From the human T2T-CHM13v2.0 reference genome, Homo sapiens, in assembly GCF_009914755.1 (NCBI RefSeq), contig NC_060946.1: a DNA stretch of 64,000 bases, one strand, 5' to 3'. Positions 41,978 to 53,900 of this stretch are shown piece by piece. Positions within the stretch are counted from its first letter, which is position 1, and each line of letters starts with the position of its first letter. The translations under genes and the position numbers were made by a program. The notes below the pieces were generated by a model, which was not told where the DNA came from, ran no database searches, and saw only the letters and a list, made by a program, of their open reading frames with translations.

Positions 41978-44900
41978 CCTATATGAGGAACAAACATTCA
42001 GACCACAGCAGCACTGTTCTGGAATCCTATTTGAGGGACAATCATTCAGATCACATCTGGCATGTTCTGGAATCCTGCGTGTGGGACAAACATTCAGACC
42101 CTCTTAGCATTGTTCTGGAATCCCATGTGAGGAAAATACATTCAGAAAACAGCAGGAGTTTTCTGGAATCCTACGTGAGGGAAAAACACTCAGAATGCAA
42201 CAACAGTGTTCTGGAATCCTAAGTGATGGACAAACATTCAGACCACAGCAGGAGTTTTCTAGAATCCTATGTGAGGAAGAATAATTCAGACCATCGTAGC
42301 AGTGTTCTCGAATCCTTTGTGAGGGACAAACATTCAGACCCCAGTAGCAATGTTCTGTAATCCTATGTGAGGGGGAAATACTCAGAGCCCTGCAGCAGTG
42401 TTCCAGAATCCTATGTGAGGGACAATCATTCAGACCACAGGGGGATTGTTCTGGAATCCCATGTGAGGCACAAACACCCAGAACCCAGCAAGAGTGTTCT
42501 GGAATCCTATGTGAGGGTCAACCATCAGACCACAGCGGTAATGTTCTATAATCCTATATGAGGGAGAAACATTCAGACCACAGCAGGAGTGTTCTGGAAT
42601 ACTATGTGAGGAACAAACATTCGGGCCACAGCAGGAGTGATCTGGAATCTTATGTGAGGGACAAACACTCAGAACCCAGTAGCAGTGTTCTGGAATGCTA
42701 TCTGAGGGACAAACATTCAGATGAGAGCAAGAGTTCTCTGGAATTCCATGTGAGGTACAATCATTCAGAGCCTTGTAGCAGTGTTCTCGAATCGTATGTG
42801 AGGGAGAAACTCTCAGAACCCTCCAGCAGTATACTGGAATCCCATGTGAAGGACAATCATTCATCCCCTCATAGCCGTGTTCTGGAATCCTATGTGAGGA
42901 AAAACCTTTAGATCCACATAGCAGTGTTCTGGAATCGTACGTGAGGGACAAAAACTCAGAACCCAACAGCAGTGTTCTAGAATCCTAAGTGAGGGACAAA
43001 CATTCAAACCAGAACAGGAATGTTCTGGAATCCTATGTGAGGGAGAAACACTCAGAACCCAGAATCAGTGTTCTGTAATCCTATTTGAGTGGCAATCATT
43101 CAGACCACAGCTGTGGTGTTCTGGAATCCTAAGTGTGGGAAAAGCATTCAGACACTAGTAGCACAATTCTGGAATCTTATGTGAGGAAAATACATTCAGA
43201 ACACAGCAGGGGCGTTCTGGATTCCTATGTGCAGGACAGAAATTCAGACACTCATAGCACTGTTCTGGAATCGTACGTGAGGGACAAACACTCAAAAAAA
43301 TAAAACAGCAGTGTTCTGTAATCCTAAGTGAGGGACAAACAATCAGACCACAGAAGGAGTTTTCTGGAATCCAATGTGAGGGAGAGTAATTCAGACCCTC
43401 GTAGCAGTGTTCTGGAACCCTATGTGAAAGACAAACATTCAGACTCCAGTAGAAGTGTTCTGGAATTTTATGTGGGGAACAATCTTTCAGACCACAGCTG
43501 GGTTGTTCTGGAATCCTACGTGTAGGACAAACATTCAGAGCCTCGAAGCATTGTTGTGGAATCCTATGTGAGGAAAATACATTCAGGACTCAGCAGGAGT
43601 GTTCTGGAGTCCTATGTGCCGGACAAAAATTCAGACCCTCGTAGCAGTGTTCTGGAATCCTATGTGATGGAAAAATATTTAGACCCACATAGCAGTGTTC
43701 TGGAATCCTATGTGATTGATAAACACTCAGAAACCAGTAACAGTGCTCTGGAATCCTACTTGAGGGACAAACACTGAGACCACAGCAGAAAAGTTTTGGA
43801 ATCCTATGTGAGGGAGAAACATTCAGACTACAGCAAGATTCTTCTGGAATCCCATGTAAGGCAAAAACACCCAGACCAAAGCAGGGATGTTCTGGAATTC
43901 TATGTGAGGGTCAACCATTCAGACAACTGCAGCAGCGTTCTGGAATCCAATATGAGGGACAAACATTCAGTCCAGAGCAGGATTTTTCTGGAGTCCTGTG
44001 TGAGGAACAAACCTTCAGACACAGCAGCAGTATTCTAGAATCCTATGTCAGGGAAAAACACTCAGAACACAGCAGCAGTGTTCTAGAATCCTAACTGAGG
44101 GACAAAGATTCAAACCAGAGCAGGAGTGTTCTGGCATCCTTTGTGAGGTGCAATCATTCAGATCCATGTAGCAGTGTTGTGGTATCCTATGTGAGGGAGA
44201 AACACACAAAAACCAGCAGCAATGTTCTGGAATCCTATGTGAGGGACAATCATTCATACCACAGCTTTGCTCTTCTGGAATCCTACTTGCGGGACAAACA
44301 TTCAGACCCACGTAGCTGTGTTCTGGAATCCTATGTGAAGGACAAACATTTAGACCCAGGTAACATTGTTCTGGAAGCATATGTGAGGGACAAACACTCA
44401 GAACACAACAGCAGTGTTCTGGAATCCTAAGTGAGGGACAAACATTCAGACCACAGCAGGAGTTTTCTGGAATCCTATGTGAGGGAGAATAATTGAGACA
44501 CTCGTAGCACTATTCTGGAACACTATGTGAGGGACAAACATACAGATCCCGGTAGCAGTGTTCTGGAATCTTATGTGAGGGAGAAACACTCAGAACCCAG
44601 CAGCAGTGTTCTGGAATCCTATGTGAGGGACAATCATTCAGACCACAGCTGGAGTGTTCTGGAATCCTGCTTGTGGGACAAACATTCAAACCCTCGTAGC
44701 ATTGTTCTGGAATCCCATGTGAGGAAAATACATTCAGAGCACTTCAGGAGTGTTCTGGAATCCTATGAGTGGGACAAACTTTCAGACCCTCGTAACAGTG
44801 TTCTGGGATGCTATGTGAGGGCCAAACATTTAGACCCACGTAGCAGTGTTCTGTAATCTTACCTGAGGGACGAACACTCAGAACCCAACAGCAGAGTTCT

Positions 44901-47900
44901 GGAAACTTAAGTGACGGACAAACATTCAGACCACAGCAGGGGTGTTCTGGAATCCTCTGTGAGGTAGAATAATTGAGACTCTCGTGACAGTGTTCTTGTA
45001 TCCAATGTGAGGGATAAAAACTCAGAACTCAGTACCATTATTCTGGAATTCCATTTGAGGGAACAACACTCAGACCAGAGCAGGAATGTTTGGAATCCTA
45101 TATGAGGGAGAAACATTCAGACCACAGTAGGATTGTTCTTGAATCCTTTGTGATGCACATACAGCCAAACCACAGCAGGAGTGTTCTGGAATCCTATGTG
45201 AGGTCAACCATTCAGACCACAGCAGTAGTGATCTGGAGTCCTATATGAGGGACAAACATTCAGACCACAGCAGGAATGTTCTCGAATCCTATGTGAGGAA
45301 GAAACATTCAGCTCACAGCAGCAGTGTTCTGGAATCCTATTTGAATGAAAAACATTCAGACCAGAGCAGGAGTGGTCTGGAATCCTATGTGAGGTACAAT
45401 CATTCAGACACTCGTAGCAGTGTTCTGGAGACCTATGGGAGAGAGAAACATTCAGAACCAGCAGAACTTTTCTGGAGTCTTTTGTGAGGGACAATCATTC
45501 AGACCTAAAGCTAGGGTGTTCTGACATCCTATGTGTGGGACAAACATTCAGACCCTCGTAGCATTGTTCTGGAATCCTATGACAGGAAAATACATTCGGA
45601 ACACAGCAGGAGTGTTCTGGAGTCCTATGTAAGGGACAAACATTCAGACTTTCGTAGAAGTGCTCTGGAATCCTATGTGAAGGGGCAAACATTTAGACCA
45701 ATGTTGCAGTCTTCTGGAATCGTACGTAAGGGACAAACACTGAGAAACCAACAGCAGTGTTCTGGAATCTGAATTGAGGGACAAACATTCAGACCACAGT
45801 AGGAGTGTTCTGGAATCCTTTGTGAGGGAGAATAATTCAGACCCTCGTAGCAGTGTTGTGGAATCCTATGTGAGGGACAAACTTTCAGACCCCAGTAGCA
45901 GTGTTCTGGAATCCAATTTGAAGGAAAAACCATCAGACCATGGCAGGAATGTTTTGGAATCCTATGTGAAGGGGAAACATTCAGACCACAGTAGGATGGT
46001 TCTGGAATCCCATGTGAGGCACAAACACCCAGACCACAGCAGGAGTGTTCTGGAGTCTTATGTGATGGTCAACCATTCACATGACAGCTGGGGTGTTCTG
46101 GAACCCTATTGTGGGACAAACATTCCTACCCTCGTAGGATTGTACTGCAATGCTATGTGTGGAAAATTCATTCAGAATACAGAAGGAGTTTTCCGCAGTC
46201 CAATGTGTGGGACAAACATTCAGATCCCCGTAGCATTGTTCTGGAATCCTATGTGAAGGAAAAACATTTAGACACACGTAGCGGTGTTCTGGAATCATAC
46301 GTGAGGGACAAACACTCAGAACCCAACAGCAGGGTTCTGGAATCCTAAGTGAGAGAGAAATATTCAGACCACATCAGGAGTGTTTGGAATCTTATGTGAG
46401 GGAGAATAATTCAGACCCTCATAGCAGTATTCTGTAATCCTATATGAGGGACAAACATTCAGACCCCAGTAGCAGTGTCTGGAATCCTGTTTGAGGGACA
46501 AACACTCAGACCACTGCAGGAATGTTTTTGGAATCCTATGTGAGGGAGAAACATTCAGACGACAGCAGGATTGTTCTGGATTCCTATGTGAGGGTCAACC
46601 ATTCAGACCACAGCTGTAGTGTTCTGAAATCCTATATGTGGGACAAACATTCAGACCACAGCAGGATTGTTCTGGAATCCTATGTGAGGGATAAACATTC
46701 AGACTGCAGCAGCATTGTTCTGGAATCCTATATGAGGGACAAACACTCAGAACCCAAAAGCAGTGTTCTGGAATCGTATCTCAGGGACAACATTCAGACC
46801 ACAGCAGGAGTGTTCTGCAATCCTATGTGAGGTACAATAATTGAGAACCTCATAGCCATGTTCTGGAATCCCATATGAGGACAAACCTTCAGAACCATTT
46901 AGCAGTTTTCTGGAATCGTAGGTGTGAGACAAACACTCAAAAACCAACTGCAGTGTTCTGGAATCCTAACTGAGGGTCAAACATTCAGACCAGAATAGGA
47001 GATTTCTGGAATCATATATGAGGGAGAAACACTCAGAACCCAGCAGCGGAGTTCTGGAATCCCATGTGAGGGACAATCATTGAGACCACAGCTGTGGTGT
47101 TCTGGTATCCTAAGTGTGGGACAAACTTTCAGACCCTCGTAGCCTTGCTCTGGAATCCTATGTGAGGAAAATACATTCAGAACACAGCAGAAGAGTTCTG
47201 GAGTCCCTTGTGGGGGACAAAAATTCAGGCCCTCGTAACAGTGCTCTGGAATTCTAAGTGAGGACAAACATTTAGACCCACATAGCAGTGTTCTTGAATT
47301 GTACGTGAGGGACAAACACTCAAAAAAAAAAAAGGAGTGTTCTGTAATCCTAAGTTGGTGAAAAACAATCAGACCACAGCAGGAGTGTTCTGGAATCCAA
47401 TGTGAGGGTGAATAATTCAGACCCTCTTAGCAGTGTTCTGGAATCCTATGAGAGGGACAAATCAGACCCCAGTAGAAGTGTTGTGGAATCCTATGTGAGG
47501 GAAAAACATTCAGACCACAGCTCGGGTTTTCTGGAATCCTACTTCAGGGGCAAACATTCAGACCATCGTACCATTGTTGTGGAGTCCTAGGTGAGGAAAA
47601 TGCATTCAGGAAACAGCATGAGTGTTCTGGAGTCCTATGTGCGGGACAAAAATTCAGCCCCTTGTAGCACTGTTCTGGAATCCTACGTGAGGGGGAAACA
47701 TTTAGACCCAAGTGGCAGTGTTCTGGGATGCTATACGGTGGAGAAACACTTAGAACACAGTAGCAGTGTTCCAGAATACTATTTGAGGGACAAACATTCA
47801 GACCACAGCAGGAAAGTTTTGGAATCCTATGTGGGGGAGAAACATTCAGACCACAGCAGGATTGTTCTGGAATTCCATGTGAGGCAAAAACACCCAGAAC

Positions 47901-50900
47901 GCAGGAGGGGTGTTCTGGAATCCTATGTGAGGGTCAACCATTCAGAACACAGCAGTAGTGTCCTGGAATACTATATGAGAGACAAACATTCAGTTCACAG
48001 CAGGAGTGTTCTGGAATCCTATGTGAGGAACAAAGATTCTGACCACAGCAGCAGTGTTCTGGAATCCCATCTGAGGGATAAACATTTAGATCAGAGCAGG
48101 AGTGTTCTGGAATCTTATGTGAGGAACAATCATTCAGATCCTCGTAGCAGTGCTGTGGTATCCTATGTGAGAGAGAAAAACACAGAAATCAGCAGCAGTC
48201 TTCTGGAATCCTATGTAAGGGAGAATCATTCAGGTCACAGCTTTGGTTTTCTGGAATCCTACGTGTGAGACAAACATTTAGACCCTTGTAGCATTGTTCT
48301 GGAATCCGATGTGAGTAAATACATTCAGAACACAGCAGGAGTGTTCTGGAGTCCAATGTGCGGGACAAACATTCAGACCCACGTATAAGTGCTGCGGAAT
48401 CCTCTGTAAGGGACAAACATTTAGACCCACGTAGCAGTGTTCTTGAAGCATAAGTGAGGGACAAACACTCAGAACCCAACAGCAGTGTTCTGGAATCCTA
48501 AGTGAGGGACAAACATTCAGACCACAGCGGGAGTGTTCTGGAATCCTAAGTGAGGCAGAATAATTGAGACCCTCGTAGCAGTATTCTGGAACACTATGTA
48601 GGGATAAATATTCAGACCCCAATAGCAGTGTTCTGGAATCCTATATGAGGAAGAAACACTCAGAACCCAACAGCAGTGTTCTGGAATCCTATGTGAGAGA
48701 CAACCATTCAGACCACAGCTGAGGTGTTCTGGAATCCCATGTGAGGGATAAACATTAAGACCCTCGTAGCATTGTTCTGGAATCTCGTGAGGAAAATACA
48801 TTCAGAACACTGCAGGAGTGTTCTGGAATCCTATCAGCAGGACAAACATTCAGACCCTCGTAGCAGTGTTCTGGAATCCTATGTGAGGGCCAAACATTTA
48901 GACCCATATACCAGTGTTCTGCAATCGTACCTGAGGGACAAACACTCAGAATCCAACAGCAGAGTTCTGGAAACCTAAGTGAGGGACAAACATTCAGACC
49001 ACAGCAGGGGTGTTCTGGAATCCTCTGCGAGGTAGAATAATTGAGACCCTCGTGGCAGTGTTCTTGAATCCAATGTGAGGGACAAAACTCAGAACTCAGT
49101 ACCATTATTCTGGAATTCCATTTGAGGGACCAACACTCAGACCAGAGCAGGAATGTTTGGAATCCTATGTGAAGGAGAAACATTCAGACAACAGCAGGAT
49201 TGTTTTCGAATCCCATGTGAGGCAAAAACACCCAAAACACAGGAGGGGTGTTCTGGAATGCTATGTGAGGGTCAACCATTCAGAACACAGCAGTAGTGTC
49301 CTGGAATACTATATGAGAGACAAACATTCAGCTCACAGTAGGAGTGTTCTGGAATCCTATGTGAGGAACAAAGATTCTGACCACAGCAGCAGTGTTCCGG
49401 AATCCTATTTAAGGAACAAACACTCAGACCACAGCAGGAATGTTTTGCAATCCTATGTGAGAGAGAAATATTCAGACCACAGCAAGATTTTTCTGGAATC
49501 CGATGTAAGATACAAACACCGTGACAAAAGCAGGAGTGTTCTGGAATCCAATTTGAGGGTCAACCATACAGACCACAGCAGTAGTGTTCTGGAATCCTAT
49601 GTGAGGGACAAACATTCAGACCACAGCAGCAGGGTTCTGGAATCCTATGTGAGGGACTAACTCTCAGAACCCAGCAGCAGTGTTCTCGAATCCTACCTGA
49701 GGAACAAATATTCAGACAACAGCAGGAGTGTTCTGGAATCCTATGTGATGTACAATCATTCAGATCCTCATAGCATTGTTCTGGAATCCTATGTGAGGTA
49801 GAAACACTGAGAACCCAATAGCAGTGTTCTGGAATCCTATGTGATGGACAATCATTAGGACCACAGCTAGGGTGTTCTGGAATCCTGCCTGTGGTACAAA
49901 CATTCAGAACCTCGTAGCATTTTTCTAGAAGCCTAATTGAGGACAATACATTGAGAATACTGCAAGAGTGTTCTGGAGTCCTATGTGCGGGAAAACATTC
50001 AGACCCTCGTAGCAGTGTACAGGAATCCTATGTGAAGGACAATCATTCAGACCACAGCTGGGGTGTTCTGGAATCCAACGTGTGGGAATAAAATTCAGAA
50101 CCTTGTAGCATTTTTCTGGAATCCTATGTGAGGAAAATACTTCCGGAGCCCACCGGAGTGTTCTGGTGTCCTTTGTGCGGGACAAACAGTCAGACCCTTG
50201 TAGCAGTGTTCTGGAATCCTATGTGGGAGACAAATAATTAGACCCACGTAGCAGTGTTCTGGAATCCTATGTGAGGAGCAAACATTTGTACCACAGCAGG
50301 GGTGTTCTGGAATCCTATGTGAGGGACAAACATTCAGATGACAGCAGGAGTGTTCTGGAATCCTATGTGAGGAACAACATTTAGACCACAGTAGGAGTGT
50401 TCTGGAATCCTATGTGAGGAACAACATTTAGACCACAGTAGGAGTGTTCTAGAATCCTATGTGTGGGACAAACATTCAGAACCTCGTAGCAGTGTTCTGT
50501 AATCCTAGGTGAGGAATAAACATTTAGACCCATGTAGCAGTGTTCTGGAATCGTATGTGAGGGACAAACACTCAGAACCGCACAGTAGTGTTCTGGAATC
50601 CTAAGTGAGGGACAAACATTCAGTCCACAGCGGGAGTTCTCTGGAATCCTATGTGAGGGATAAACATTCAGACGACAGCAGGAGTGTTCTGCAATCCTAT
50701 GTGAAGAACATATATTTAGAAAACAGCGTTAGTGTTCTGGAATCCTGTGTGCAGGACAAATATTCAGAGCCTTGTATCAGTGTTTGGAATCCTTTGTGAC
50801 GGAGAAACCATTAGAGCCACGTAGCAGTGTTCTGGAACTGTAAGAGAGGGACAAACAATCAGAACCCCACAACAGTGTTCTGGAATCCTAAGTTAGGGAC

Positions 50901-53900
50901 ATTCAGTCCACAGCAGGAGTGTTCTGGAATCCTATGTGAGGGACAAACATTCAGAACCTCATAGCAGTGTGCTCGAATCCTCCGTGAAGAACAAACATTT
51001 AGACCCACATAGCAGTGTTCTGGAATCGTACGTGAGGTACATACACTCAGAACCCAACAGCAGTGTTCTGGATTCCTAAGTGAGGGACAAACATTTAGGC
51101 CACAGCAGTATTGTTCTGGAATCCTATGTGAGGGACAATCATTCAGACTACAGCAGGAGTGTTCTGAAATCCTATGTGAGGAACAAACATTTCGACAACA
51201 GCGGGAATGTTCTGGAATCCTATGTGTGGGACAAACATTCAGACCCTCGTCCCAGTGTTCTGGAATCCTATATGTGGGAGAAACATTCAGACACATGTAA
51301 CAGTGTTCTGGAATCATACATGAGGGACCAACACTCAGAGCACGATAGCATTGTTCTGGAATCCTAAGTGAGGGACAAACATTCAGACCACAGGAGGAGT
51401 GTTCTGGAAACCTATGGGAGGGACAAACATTCAGACAACAGCAGGAGTGTTCTGAAATCAGATGTTAGGAACAAACATTTGGACCACAGCAGGTTTGTTC
51501 TCTAATCGTATGGGAGGGACCATCAGTCGACAGAGCGAGTGTTCTGAAATCCTATGTGAGGAAGAAACATTTAGACCAAAGCAGGAGGGTTATGGAATCC
51601 CATGTGTGGGACAAACATTCAGACCCTCATAGCAGTGTTCTGGAATATTTTGTGAGGGACAAACCTTTAGACACACGTAGCAGTGTTCTGGAATCATACG
51701 TGAGGGACGAACACTCAGAACCCAACAGTGTTCTGGAATCCTAAGTGAGGGACAAACATTCAGTACACAGCAGGAATGTTCTGGAATCCTATGTGAGGGA
51801 CAAACATTCAGAAGACAGCAGGAGTGTTGTGAAATCTTATGTGAGGAACAAACACACCACAGCAGGAGTGTTCTGGAATCCCATGTGAGGGAGCAACATT
51901 CAGACCTTCGTAGCAGTGTTCTGGAATCCTATGTGAGGGACAAACATTAGAACCATGTAGCTGTGTTCTGGAAGCCTTTGTGAGGGACAAACATTCAGCA
52001 CCCAACAGCAGTGTTCTGGAATCCTAAGTGAGGGACAAATATTCAGACCAAAACAGGAGTGTTCTGGAATCCTATGTGCAGGACACACATTCATACTCCA
52101 TAGCAGTGTTCTAGAATCCTATCTGAGGGACAAAGATTTATACCCACGCAGCAGTGTGATATGAGCACAGCAGGAATGATATGGAATCCTATGTGAGGGA
52201 CAAACATTCACACCACATCAGGAGCGTTCTGGAATCCTATGTGAGGGACAAATATTCAGATGACAGCAGGAGCGTTCTGAAATCCTAAGTGAGGAACAAG
52301 CATTTACACCACAGCAGGAGTGTTCTGAAATCCTATGTAAGGAACAAACATTTAGACCACTGCAGGAGAATTCTGGAATCCTATATGCCGGACAAACATT
52401 CAGACGACAGCAGAATGGTTCTGAAATCCTATGTAAGGAGCAAACATTTAGACCACAGGAGGAGTGATATGGAATCCTATGTTAGGGACAAACATTCAGA
52501 CCCTGGTAGCAGTGTTCTTGATTCCTATGTGAGTAACACACTTTTAGACCCAAGTGGCAATGTTCTGGAATCATACGTGAGGGACAAACAATCAGGACCC
52601 AACTGCAGTGTTCTGGAATTCTGAGTGAGGGACAAACAGTCAGTGCACAGCAGGGGTGTTCTGCAATCCTCTGTGAAGGACAGACATTCAGACGACAGTA
52701 GGAATGTTCTGAAATCCTATGTGAGGTACAAACATTTATACCACAGCAGGAGTGTTCTGGAATTTTATGTGTGGGACAAACATTCAGACCCTCATAGCAG
52801 TGTTTTGGAATCCTATACGAGGGAGAATCATTTAGACCCACGTAGCTGTGTACTTGAATCTTACGTGAGGGACACACAGTCAGAACCCAACAGCAATGTC
52901 TCTTGAATCCTACGTGAGGTACAAACATTCAGATGACAGCAGGAGTATTCTGAAATCATAAGTGAGGAACAAACATTTCGACCACAGCAGGAGTGTTCAG
53001 GAATCCTATGTGAGAGACAAACACTCAGACAACAGCAGGAGTGTTCTGGAATCCTACGTGAGGTTCAGTCATTCATGCCCTCGTAGCAGTGTTCTGAAAT
53101 CTTATCTGAGGGAGAAACACTCAGAACCCAGTAGCAGTGCTCTGGAATCGAATGTCAGGGACAGTCATTCAGACCACAGCTGGGGTGTCCTGGAATCCTA
53201 CGCGTGGGACAAACATTCAGACACTTGTAGCATTGTTCTGGAATCCTATGTGAGGGACAAACATTCAGAACACAGCAGGAGTGTTGTTGAGTCCTACGTG
53301 TGGGACAAACATGCAGACTCTCGTAGCATGGTTCTCGAATCCTATGTGAGGGACAAATATTTAGACCCACCTAGCAGTGTTCTTGAATCGTACGTGAGGG
53401 ACAAACACTCAGAACCCAAAAACTGTTTTCTGGAACCCTAAAGGAAGGAGAAACATTCAATCCACAGCAGGAGTGTAGTGGTATCCTATGTGAGGGACAA
53501 ACATTCAGACGACAACAGGAATGTTCTGAAATCCTTAGTGAGGAACAAACATTTAGACCACAGCAGGAGTGTTCTGGAATCCTATGTGAGGGATAAACAT
53601 TCAGACATTAACAAGAGTGTTCTGCAATCCTATGTGACGTACATTCAGACCCTCGTAGCAGTGTTCTGGAATCCTATGTGAGGGAGAAACATTCAGAACC
53701 CAGCAGCAGTGTTCTGGAATCTTATGTGAGAGACAATCATTCAGACCACAGGTGGGGTGTTCTGGATTCCTACGTGTGGGGCAAACGTCCAGACCCTCGG
53801 AGAATTGTTCTGGAATCCTATGTGAGGGACATTTAGAACAAAGCAGGAGTGTTGTGGAGTCCTATGTGAGGAAAAACTTTTAGACCCTCGTAGCAATATT

